Shown: positions 41,493 to 50,290 of the stretch, one piece after another
How the letters are laid out: every line of letters starts with the position of its first letter
Numbering within the stretch: position 1 is the stretch's first letter
NCBI GenBank assembly: GCA_963740315.1
Contig: CAVUDP010000004.1
Span: forward strand, 672,001 to 736,000
Reading direction: 5' to 3'
DNA: 64,000 bases
DNA from: an uncultured cyanobacterium
GTDB taxonomy: Bacteria; Cyanobacteriota; Cyanobacteriia; Cyanobacteriales; Nostocaceae
Notes under the pieces: model-generated
Seen by the model: the letters and a program-made list of their open reading frames with translations, nothing else
Database searches by the model: none
Told to the model about the DNA's origin: nothing
Position numbers and translations under genes: made by a program

Positions 41493-41882
41493 ATGGAATA
41501 CTTGTATTACCTGGCAAATGCCAGCTTGACTTTAAGAGTAGTTCAATATTTGCACGCTAGACCCCGGATTCCTGTTTCCTTTATCACCGTAATTCATCAA
41601 ATTGATGGTTGGGTGGTTAGAGTCAAGCTTGATTATCAGATTTCGCCAGATTTAGATGGCGATGTTCGGGCTTTTTTAAATGAACTAGGAATTCGCTACG
41701 AACCTCCAATGCGAGTGCAAATGGCACTTTGGAGTCTAGAAGCGCAACAAAATCCTGTTGAAGTTATGCGTCGCTATCAAGTGGCTATTGTTTCTCACGG
41801 TAGCCCCGACAAAGAAGAAATTGAAGCATTCCGGCAACAATTTGTTAGAGGCTTGGGTTATTGTCCCGAAACCCTAGCTTGA
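41493..41882 (+). CDS. Conserved cyanobacterial hypothetical protein
   Basis: MEYLYYLANASLTLR...TVIHQIDGW...GLGYCPETLA; no function recognised. Confidence 0.75.
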   Translation: MEYLYYLANASLTLRVVQYLHARPRIPVSFITVIHQIDGWVVRVKLDYQISPDLDGDVRAFLNELGIRYEPPMRVQMALWSLEAQQNPVEVMRRYQVAIVSHGSPDKEEIEAFRQQFVRGLGYCPETLA

Positions 41883-41957
41883 TTATTGCTGCTATTACAA
41901 TCGAGTAGTTATTAATTGATAATCTGTAATTGTTGCAAGTTTTATATATCACCAATA

Positions 41958-42413
41958 TTACTCATTGTCAATTAAATATTCAAATGCTGCGGGAATGTAT
42001 TCTTCTAATGTTAAATAATATCCCGATGCGGATAAACTTGCTTTAGCATTTGTCTTAGTTATTTTTCTCTGACAACAAACAATGGCTACATCAAATCGGC
42101 AGGCATAATCTGCGAATGTGGGAAATTTTGCCAGAAACATCGCAGCAGTGCGACAAATTTTAGCTTGCTTAGATGCGATCGCCATTCTTCCGCCTTCATC
42201 CCAATTACCTGGAGAGCGGGTTTTGACTTCCACGAATGCTAATATAACCGTGCCCGAATCATCTTCCCTTTGGGCAATAATATCAATTTCTCCCCAACGG
42301 CAGTGCCAGCGACGATGCAGAATTATCCAACCTGTAGATTGCAGCCACTGAGCTACTAAGTCTTCACCTAAAGTGCCGATATCGGGATAATGTGAGGAAG
42401 AATAGTTTGCCAT
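41958..42413 (-). CDS. yraN: YraN (UPF0102) family protein
   Basis: G.LGE, GEIDIIA, FVEVKTR, CRFDV. Confidence 0.9.
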   Translation of the reverse strand: MANYSSSHYPDIGTLGEDLVAQWLQSTGWIILHRRWHCRWGEIDIIAQREDDSGTVILAFVEVKTRSPGNWDEGGRMAIASKQAKICRTAAMFLAKFPTFADYACRFDVAIVCCQRKITKTNAKASLSASGYYLTLEEYIPAAFEYLIDNE

Positions 42414-42429
42414 GAGCAGTTAAACGATC

Positions 42430-42933
42430 GTGATTTTTACTAAAAGCAACTGGATTAAGGTTAGTATACTTAGTTTATTATTTTGGGGAATGTGTATCTT
42501 GCCATCAAGTCTAACTCCCCAAGCTTTTGCATTGGATTACAACAAAGAAATATTAATTGAAGCTGATTTTTCCGGGCAGGATTTAACAGATTCTAGTTTT
42601 ACCAAAGCAAATCTTCGCGATAGCAACTTTAGTAATACTAATTTGCAGGGCGTAAGATTTTTTGCCACTAATTTGGAGTCAGCAAATTTAAGGAATGCCA
42701 ACCTGAGATATGCGACTTTAGATTCCGCACGTTTAATAAAAGCAGATTTAACGAATGCAGTATTAGAAGGTGCATTTGCATCCAACGCCAGATTTGACGG
42801 CGCGATTATCGATGGTGCCGATTTTACCGATGTGTTGTTACGTAAAGACGAACAAGACAAGTTATGTAAATTAGCCAAAGGCACCAATTCCACCACAGGA
42901 AGAGATACCCGCGATACTTTGTATTGTAGTTAA
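42430..42933 (+). CDS. Exported pentapeptide-repeat protein
   Basis: Signal peptide (AFA), pentapeptide repeats, C-terminal LC..A.G.N..TG..TR.TL.C. Confidence 0.88.
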   Translation: MIFTKSNWIKVSILSLLFWGMCILPSSLTPQAFALDYNKEILIEADFSGQDLTDSSFTKANLRDSNFSNTNLQGVRFFATNLESANLRNANLRYATLDSARLIKADLTNAVLEGAFASNARFDGAIIDGADFTDVLLRKDEQDKLCKLAKGTNSTTGRDTRDTLYCS

Positions 42934-43193
42934 ATAAGTTCGTAGTTGCGCTTTAGCGCTTCATACCGATATTTTGGGGTAAACACCGCACCTTTAAATT
43001 TTGCGTATACATAACATAATGGTGCATTCGCCATAAGATATTAAATAGATTGGTAGTTTGTAGGGTGTGTTGTCGCAAAGCGCAACGCACCGTTTAATTT
43101 TGCGTAAATACAACATAATGGTGCGTTAGCCGCGAAAATATATTTTGTGATAATTAGAATTGCGATCGCACCGTAACACACCCGACAAAATTA

Positions 43194-45155
43194 TTAAAAC
43201 TCTCCCACATTAAAACACCGCTGTTTATCTAATTCGCTTAATCGCTGTTTTTCATCCATAAAAGCTTGATAATAGGATTGCGATTGTTTGGCTTCGGTTT
43301 CTGAATTAGTTCTTTCCCAAAGTTCGCGAAAATGACGGTAGCGTTTTTCTCGCAATACTCTTTCCATGCTCAGAGTTGCTCTTAAAATAACTTGGGGAGT
43401 GCGAATAATTTGCTTTTGGGCTGTTTCGTTTAAATGGAATAAATGCGATATCATTTCCATTTGTTCGGGAAATTCTAAATATCTATCTTGTAAAGTAGAA
43501 ATTAATTCTGCGGATGAATTATTATCCGAAATATCTATAATCTGTTGCCATAAAAATCTGTGGTGAGATAAGCTAAACTGCAAATCTTTTTCTTCTAAAG
43601 TATCGCCAATCGATTTACGGTATTCTGGCGAATGTAAATAAATTAGTAATAACAAAGATTCTGCTTCTTCTAAAAGGCTATGTTCTGTTTTTACAATTGG
43701 ATTCAGAACAGTAGTAGAATTATTTTCTTGACGATAGCCGTTTGAAGATGGAGTATAACTTTTAGTATAAATTTTATTATAACTTCCTCCCCGTTCTCTA
43801 TTATTCTGAGGAGCAATTTGAGTTAATAAATTTTCCGCTCGTAACGAAATCAGTTGAGAATCTCCCAAACTTAATATTTCCGCACAGTAAGAAACATAAT
43901 AATTTCGCGTATCGGGATTAGCTATATTTTTTAATAACTTAACCATTTGCTGACAGACTTTTTGAAAATCTGTAGCTTGTTTCAAATCCGCATCTTTAGT
44001 AATTTGTTCTATTTGCCAATCCAACCATAAAGGCGCATTTGCTAATAATTGCTGATAATCTTCTGATGTATGATTAAATAAATATTCATCGGCATCTTTA
44101 CCATCGGGAATATTGAGAATTTTTAACTGAACTTCACCCTTATAAGCTAAATCTGCAACTTCACCAATTGCTCTTTCTGCGGCGATAGTTCCGGCTTTAT
44201 CCGCATCAAAATTGAGGATTAACTGTTTGGAATCGCTGTAACGCATAGCCAAACGAACTTGTTCAATACTTAAAGCCGTACCCAAAGAAGCCACAACATT
44301 TTTTATACCAACTGCATGGAGAGCGATCGCATCAAAATATCCTTCTACAACCACAGCTTGGTCAAATTGGGAAATACCTTCCTTCGCTTTATCTAATCCG
44401 AATAAAGTTTTACCTTTACTAAAAACTTCCGTTTCCGGTGAATTTAAATATTTAGGTTTATCTTCCCCTAAAGTTCTACCGCCGAAAGCAATTACTTTCC
44501 CAGTAATATCGTGAATGGGAATCATTAAACGGTTGCGAAAAGCATCATAATAACCCCTACCTTCCGAACGCGGTTTAATTAAACCAGCCTTTTCTAATAA
44601 CTGTACCGGATAGCGCTTATCTTCCACCAAATAACTATACAAAATGTCCCAACCAACGGGAGCATAACCTAACTGAAACTCCTTGATAGTTTCATCTGTT
44701 AATTTACGCTGTTGCTGGAGATATAATAGCGCAGCTTCCCCACTTGGTTGCCATAAAGCATGTTGATAAAAACGCGAAGCCACTTCAAGGATTTCGTATA
44801 CTTGTTTGCGTTCCGATATTTGACGCTGTAACTCTTGCCGCTGTTCGGGTTCAAAGGTTTGTACGGGTACTTGATATTGCCGTGCTAAATCTAATACAAC
44901 TTCAGCAAAAGAGCGTTTATCCAACTCCATGATGAACTTGAACACATTCCCCCCAGCTTGACAGCCAAAACAGTAATACATCTGCTTGCTAGGGCTGACG
45001 CTGAAGCTGGGAGTTTTTTCATTATGGAAAGGACACAACCCTAAAAAATCCTTACCGCGCTTGCGTAAAACAACTCGTTCGGAAACGACATCAACAATGT
45101 CAGCCCGTTGTTTAACTTCATCAATCGTATCTTGGTGCAAGCGAGGGATTTGCAT
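43194..45155 (-). CDS. dnaG: DNA primase
   Basis: CPFH...CFGC zinc finger, FRNRLMIPI, KYLNSPET, EGYFD, DADKAG. Confidence 0.97.
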   Translation of the reverse strand: MQIPRLHQDTIDEVKQRADIVDVVSERVVLRKRGKDFLGLCPFHNEKTPSFSVSPSKQMYYCFGCQAGGNVFKFIMELDKRSFAEVVLDLARQYQVPVQTFEPEQRQELQRQISERKQVYEILEVASRFYQHALWQPSGEAALLYLQQQRKLTDETIKEFQLGYAPVGWDILYSYLVEDKRYPVQLLEKAGLIKPRSEGRGYYDAFRNRLMIPIHDITGKVIAFGGRTLGEDKPKYLNSPETEVFSKGKTLFGLDKAKEGISQFDQAVVVEGYFDAIALHAVGIKNVVASLGTALSIEQVRLAMRYSDSKQLILNFDADKAGTIAAERAIGEVADLAYKGEVQLKILNIPDGKDADEYLFNHTSEDYQQLLANAPLWLDWQIEQITKDADLKQATDFQKVCQQMVKLLKNIANPDTRNYYVSYCAEILSLGDSQLISLRAENLLTQIAPQNNRERGGSYNKIYTKSYTPSSNGYRQENNSTTVLNPIVKTEHSLLEEAESLLLLIYLHSPEYRKSIGDTLEEKDLQFSLSHHRFLWQQIIDISDNNSSAELISTLQDRYLEFPEQMEMISHLFHLNETAQKQIIRTPQVILRATLSMERVLREKRYRHFRELWERTNSETEAKQSQSYYQAFMDEKQRLSELDKQRCFNVGEF

Positions 45156-45159
45156 AATC

Positions 45160-45340
45160 AGTTAACAGTGAGCAGTGAGCAGTGAGCAGTTGGGACCACC
45201 GGAGTTGGAGTTAAGAATTAAGAGTTAGGAGTGAAGAGTTGGGACCACCGGAGTTAGGAATTAAGAGTTAAGAATTTTCTACCCCCTCTTGCCCCTCTAC
45301 CCCCTCTTCCCCCTCTCTCCTTATCCCCATGCCCAATACC
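45160..45340. repeat. STRR tracts (CAGTGAG)n, (GAGTTAR)n and C-rich 9-mers
   Basis: Direct reading; includes a duplicated GTTGGGACCACCGGAGTT. Confidence 0.8.
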
Positions 45341-45447
45341 CTATATCAAACAATTCCGATTTCATAAATATTATATGCTTGTCCCCAGTACCGAAAATGT
45401 TGTAAACAATCTTTTACGATAACTTTTATTCAGAGGAAATACTGACG

Positions 45448-46827
45448 ATGGGACGTATTTTTATTTCGGCAGGGCACGGAGGTAAGGAAGCAGGCGGTAT
45501 CGATCCGGGTTCTATTGCTGGGGGCACGACTGAAGCTAAGGAAATGATTTTTCTGCGGGATTTAATTTTAACGGAATTAAGGGCGCGTGGGTTTGAAGTT
45601 CTTTCGGTTCCCGATTCTTTGAGTGCTAGAGCGAGTGTTCAATGGATAAATTCTCGCGCTCGTCGTAATGATGTGGCGGTGGAGATTCAGGCAGATGCTG
45701 CTGCTAGCCCTTTTGTAAACGGCGCTAGCGTCTACTATATTGCGAATAACGAAGAACGTAAAAGCAATGCCGAAATGCTGTTAATGGGGCTTTTACGCAG
45801 AGTTCCGCAATTAAATAGTCGGGGGGTGAAGCCGGATACATCAACTGGTATGGGGCGGTTGATGTTTACTCGTGAGGTGGCGATCGCATCGTTATTAATG
45901 CAGGTGATTTTCTTGAGCAGCCCGGAAGATCGTGCTTTGTTACAAAACCGTCGTCGAGAATTTGCGGTGGGTATAGCCGATGGCATCGCAGCTTGGGCGC
46001 GGGCGATCGATCCAGGTTCTCCTAGCCCCAGCCCCAGCCCTACACCTACTCCCGCACCTCAACCAACTTATCCTTCAGTAAATATTAAAATTAACGGGCA
46101 AACTTATCAAGAACAAGGAATAGTAGTTAACGGTAATGCCTATATTCCTATCGATTTAGTAGATAGATTAAGGATTGATTTATCAAAAGCTCCTAACGTG
46201 CGTCGTCTGAGCTACCGCAGAGTAGTTTACGTTAAAGCGATCGAACTGCGAGAATTTAATGTATCAATTGGTTGGGATGCTGCCACTCGCACCGTAGTTT
46301 TACGCTCAAACTTGGTCATTTGTCCCGGTCAAATTACTCAAATAATGTCACGTGGTGCAACTTCAGAAGTACAGTTACAAATATTTTTAAGAGATAACAA
46401 TCAAGACGCTTTAGTTAAATTTCCAGATATACCAAAACTATATCGAGAAGAAGCCGCAATTGAAGGAGTAAATCACGATATTGCTTTTTGTCAAATGTGT
46501 TTAGAAACGGGATTTTTACGCTTTGGAGATGATATTAAACCCCAACAAAATAACTTTGCAGGATTAGCAACTATTGGTGGTGGAAACGAAGTGGCAAGTT
46601 TCCCTAGCGCTAGGATTGGAGTTCGCGCTCATATTCAGCATTTAAAAGCTTACGCCAGTTTGGAACCTTTAGCGCAGGAAACTGTAGATCCGAGATTTCG
46701 GTTTGTGACGCGGGGTATAGCGCCTTTGGTGACGGATTTATCGGGGAGATGGGAGGCAGATCCGCAGTATGGTGAGAAGATTGTCGCTTTGGTGAAGCGG
46801 TTGTATGAATCGGCAGGGTTGTTGTGA
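45448..46827 (+). CDS. tftA: Amidase_3-like + glucosaminidase-like cell-wall protein (TftA-like)
   Basis: SAGHGG..DPG N-terminal amidase domain, Pro-rich linker, C-terminal QMCLETGF...NNFAG...AHIQHLKAYA; tftA assignment from recalled similarity. Confidence 0.7.
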   Translation: MGRIFISAGHGGKEAGGIDPGSIAGGTTEAKEMIFLRDLILTELRARGFEVLSVPDSLSARASVQWINSRARRNDVAVEIQADAAASPFVNGASVYYIANNEERKSNAEMLLMGLLRRVPQLNSRGVKPDTSTGMGRLMFTREVAIASLLMQVIFLSSPEDRALLQNRRREFAVGIADGIAAWARAIDPGSPSPSPSPTPTPAPQPTYPSVNIKINGQTYQEQGIVVNGNAYIPIDLVDRLRIDLSKAPNVRRLSYRRVVYVKAIELREFNVSIGWDAATRTVVLRSNLVICPGQITQIMSRGATSEVQLQIFLRDNNQDALVKFPDIPKLYREEAAIEGVNHDIAFCQMCLETGFLRFGDDIKPQQNNFAGLATIGGGNEVASFPSARIGVRAHIQHLKAYASLEPLAQETVDPRFRFVTRGIAPLVTDLSGRWEADPQYGEKIVALVKRLYESAGLL

Positions 46828-46853
46828 GATAGTTATAATAATCCGTTTTCTTC

Positions 46854-46887
46854 TCTTCAAAGTGCCGTGAAGCCAACCTACTAGCTA
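46854..46887 (+). repeat. 34-bp direct repeat, left copy (REP half)
   Basis: TCTTCAAAGTGCCGTGAAGCCAACCTACTAGCTA; second copy at 47776-47809 with one mismatch. Confidence 0.9.
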
Positions 46888-46940
46888 TAAAATGAAGTTG
46901 AATAGAACGATAAATGACTTATTATCCAAACGTTGTCATT

Positions 46941-47183
46941 ATGAGTCCAGAACAAGATTTATTAGCAAAGTGGCGTTCTTTACCCAAAGAAAAACAAGAG
47001 GAAGTTTTAGATTTTGTGGAATTTCTTTACGATAAAAATTCTGTCAATAAAGCTTCTTTGGGAGAACGTTTACGAAAAATTCGTACAAAGATAGTTGCTT
47101 CTGGTAAACCTTTATTAGATGAAGAAGGAATAGCAAAAGAACTTGCTAGTCGTAGAGGTGGTTTACAGGGTAGAGAGGAATGA
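46941..47183 (+). CDS. Putative antitoxin, DUF2281-like
   Basis: W..LP.EKQ.EVLDFVEFL motif; ATGA overlap with the PIN gene; start may be 46914. Confidence 0.75.
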   Translation: MSPEQDLLAKWRSLPKEKQEEVLDFVEFLYDKNSVNKASLGERLRKIRTKIVASGKPLLDEEGIAKELASRRGGLQGREE

Positions 47184-47584
47184 TTTTAACTTATATTGAT
47201 TCAGGGGTATTACTAAGTGCAACAGATGGTGTGGGTAGAATTGCAGAGAAAGCTTTGGGAGTTCTGGGAGATTCAAACCGTCAATTTGCGTCGAGTGAAT
47301 TTGTTAAGTTAGAAATAATTCCTAAAGCAATTTATCATAAGCAAACTGAAGAAGTTCAATTCTATGAAGAATTCTTTAGTGCTGTAAGCTACTGGGCTAA
47401 TGACTTAGAAAAAGTGATACAAGATGCTTATGATATTGGTTGTCAATATGGTTTAGCTGCTATGGATGCACTGCACATTGCTGCTGCATTATCACTCGAT
47501 GTAGAGGAATTTATTACGACAGAGAAGCCAACTAAGCCGATGTTTAGGGTGTCATGTATTCACATAATTTCTATTTTTAACTAA
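47180..47584 (+). CDS. PIN-domain (VapC-like) toxin
   Basis: YIDSGVL, conserved E, MDALHIAAA, FITTE. Confidence 0.85.
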   Translation: MILTYIDSGVLLSATDGVGRIAEKALGVLGDSNRQFASSEFVKLEIIPKAIYHKQTEEVQFYEEFFSAVSYWANDLEKVIQDAYDIGCQYGLAAMDALHIAAALSLDVEEFITTEKPTKPMFRVSCIHIISIFN

Positions 47585-47595
47585 TCTTTTAGTCA

Positions 47596-47803
47596 GTAGG
47601 TTGGGTTAGACACGAAAACAAATTGTGTAGGTAAAAAAAATTAATATTAATCGTGTCGTAACCCAACATTACATCTGTGGATAAACGATATTTGATTATA
47701 TTTAGGATATTGCGATATACCGACAATAAATGTTGGGTTACGGCACAATAAGCGCTTTAATCGTTTCAATTATTATCTTCAAAGTGCCGTGAAGCCAAAC
47801 TAC
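47596..47803. repeat. Long REPIN-like doublet, GTAGGTTGGGT family
   Basis: Two inverted hairpin units; relatives at 6207-6292, 48365-48458, 52747-52819. Confidence 0.8.
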
Positions 47804-47887
47804 TAGCTAAAAAAGATGTAGAGACGTAAAATTTTACGTCTCTCAAGGATGAAAGATTACGTATACGGTAGGGAAAAAGGAGAATTT

Positions 47888-48268
47888 TTATCTGCCGCAA
47901 GCTTGTACCAACAAAATATCTGGATCAATTCTAGCCTTACCAAATTGCGGATTCTTGGTAACAAAACCAACTACCTGATTATTAACAATTACTATTGGTG
48001 GGTTTTTTGCTCGTGGGTTATATGCACCAGTATCGGAATATTCACCACCATGAGTCCCATACTTATTAAATATTGTTTGTGCATATGGACTGCCATACTT
48101 TCCATATTGGTTGCAAATTGATTTCGCATCGTATTCATTATTAAATACAAGTCCTAAAAACTCACCGCTCTGGGATACAACGATAGGCATGACAGGCTTT
48201 CTGGCAGATGCGGTAGCAGGAGAAAAAGCACATAATAGGCTAAATACTGCAAAGATAAACTTTTTCAT
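47888..48268 (-). CDS. Small secreted hypothetical protein
   Basis: Signal peptide (ASA), SI.N.YG.YGS.Y...IFN.YG motif. Confidence 0.75.
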   Translation of the reverse strand: MKKFIFAVFSLLCAFSPATASARKPVMPIVVSQSGEFLGLVFNNEYDAKSICNQYGKYGSPYAQTIFNKYGTHGGEYSDTGAYNPRAKNPPIVIVNNQVVGFVTKNPQFGKARIDPDILLVQACGR

Positions 48269-48364
48269 TATTAATTTATAAATCTTTATTCCAATATGCA
48301 GTTAACCTACTTTTGTTTAACTCCGGGTATTTACCAATTTTTGTTGATTTTTTTCGTAAAGTCA

Positions 48365-48458
48365 GTAGGTTGGGTTAGACACGACAACAAATTGTGTGGG
48401 TAAAAAAATCATATTAATCGTTTCAATTATTATCTTGTTTGTGCCTAACCCAACCTAC
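48365..48458. repeat. Internally deleted REPIN-like element
   Basis: Joins the left and right parts of the 47596-47803 element at TTAATCGT; its CTAC foot carries the M3 peptidase stop. Confidence 0.8.
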
Positions 48459-50134
48459 AAACTAACTGTCGATACAACTTGAGTTAACGCACCAGGTTCA
48501 AAGGGAGAAATAAGCTTTACTGATTGAAGCAGTTCCTGAAATGGCATTGTTCCACCAAGCTTACACAAATTAATGTAATCGAATAACGTACTTTGATAAT
48601 CTTGTTCTGCTTTAACCCAAAACTGTAAAGCACAACAGGCAGCTAAGGCATAGTCGATAAAGTAGAACGGCATACAGTAAATGTGTTGTTGTTCCTGCCA
48701 AAGTCTACCTTGATTCAACTGATTTAAATCTCCATAACGTCGCCAGGGAATATACTCAGCTTCCAATTCTTGCCATATTTTATGCCTTTGTTGCGGAGAT
48801 ATTTCTGGCTGAGCATAAATTAAGTGTTGAAAATGGTCAACCATTGCACCATATGGAAGTGATAACACCGTCCAAATCAAATGAGAAAGTCGAAAGCGAT
48901 TGGCTTGCTCGCCAAAAAAACGTTCCATTTGCGAGTAGGTTAGAAATTCTAAACTCATCGAATGAATTTCTGCGGCATCTGAAGTAGACCATAAATAGTC
49001 AATAATCGGCAAGTGACGGCTTTGCCAAGCTTGAAAAGCGTGTCCCATTTCATGAGTAAACACTTGTACATCATCCTTAGTGCCGTTAAAGTTAGCAAAA
49101 ATATAAGGAACGCCATAGCTAGGGAAACTCGTACAAAATCCCCCTGCTCCCTTACCTGGGCGGGTTTGCAAATCAAGCAAGTCACACTCTACCATCATTC
49201 GGAAAAAGTCACCCAGCGGCTGATTCATGGTATCGAACATCTCTTGGGCACGCGCTAACATCCAATCATGGTTGCCCAAAGGAACTGGACTACCTCTCTT
49301 ATCAAAAACTGCCTCATCCCAGAAATAGATTTTATCTAGGTTCAATCGCTTGGCTTGTTGCTCAATTAAAACCTTTGCTAAGGGAACAACTTCTCGAACA
49401 ATCTGCTTTCGGAAGCGTTCGATGTCAGATTGATTGTAGCCAATCCGCCGCAATTGACGATAAGCCAAAGATATGTAGTTCTCATAGCCTAATTTTTGTG
49501 CCATCCGATGACGAAGTTTTACTAAATCATCAAACAAGCAATCAAGTTGTTCTTGATGTTGTTCAAAGAAGCTTGCGCGAACTTGCTCTGCTTGATGTCG
49601 AATATCGCGATCGCCATCCTGCGTGTAGCGTAAAATGCTTGATAGATTGACCGTTTCTCCCCGAAAATTGAGTTCAGCAGAAGCTAATAATTCTGTATAC
49701 TCTGCGGTTAACCTTGACTCTTTGACTAAATCTGCTGCAATTGCTGGCTCGAAAGTCGTTATATCCGACTCCCATAACGAGAATATATGTTGTCCTAAAC
49801 TTTGTTCTAACTCCAATCGATGGGGACTTTCAATTAAATAGCGTTTGAAGTTGATTTCTAACTCTGTTAATGCTGGTGTTAGCTGATTGTAATACTCTAA
49901 AGCGTTTTTAAAAGCTTCATTTTGCGTATTTTGGTAAAACTTTAGTTGTGTCAACTCACCCCAAGTGCTAATTTGTCGGCGCAAATTATCCCACTGCTGA
50001 ATGACGGTTTGCCGTTGGTTTAGACTTTGAGCGCGATTAAACTGCTTCTTAATTTCTTGATACTCCGCTGCAATATTTTCCAAGATAGGAGTTTCAGTCG
50101 TAATCTGGGAAAAATTAACTTTAAAATTAGCCAT
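48455..50134 (-). CDS. M3 family oligoendopeptidase
   Basis: GK.AGGFCT, HEMGH zinc motif, AEIHSMSLE, HIY..PFY.IDY. Confidence 0.92.
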   Translation of the reverse strand: MANFKVNFSQITTETPILENIAAEYQEIKKQFNRAQSLNQRQTVIQQWDNLRRQISTWGELTQLKFYQNTQNEAFKNALEYYNQLTPALTELEINFKRYLIESPHRLELEQSLGQHIFSLWESDITTFEPAIAADLVKESRLTAEYTELLASAELNFRGETVNLSSILRYTQDGDRDIRHQAEQVRASFFEQHQEQLDCLFDDLVKLRHRMAQKLGYENYISLAYRQLRRIGYNQSDIERFRKQIVREVVPLAKVLIEQQAKRLNLDKIYFWDEAVFDKRGSPVPLGNHDWMLARAQEMFDTMNQPLGDFFRMMVECDLLDLQTRPGKGAGGFCTSFPSYGVPYIFANFNGTKDDVQVFTHEMGHAFQAWQSRHLPIIDYLWSTSDAAEIHSMSLEFLTYSQMERFFGEQANRFRLSHLIWTVLSLPYGAMVDHFQHLIYAQPEISPQQRHKIWQELEAEYIPWRRYGDLNQLNQGRLWQEQQHIYCMPFYFIDYALAACCALQFWVKAEQDYQSTLFDYINLCKLGGTMPFQELLQSVKLISPFEPGALTQVVSTVSL

Positions 50135-50290
50135 CTCTCTTTAGTTCTTTCCTCAGCGCTCTTAGCGTCTAGTAAGGTTTTTTTAAAATTTTGGTAAGAA
50201 GAAATAAAATCACGATGCGTCAGGAAAAATATCCATAACGCACCCGACAACTGTAGAGACGCGATATATCGCGTCTCTACAAATTACGAA

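Noticed and set aside
46854..50280. Integron cassette array
   Set aside because: The palindromes lack the RYYYAAC...GTTRRRY attC layout at their ends, the genes are in mixed orientation, and there is no tyrosine integrase
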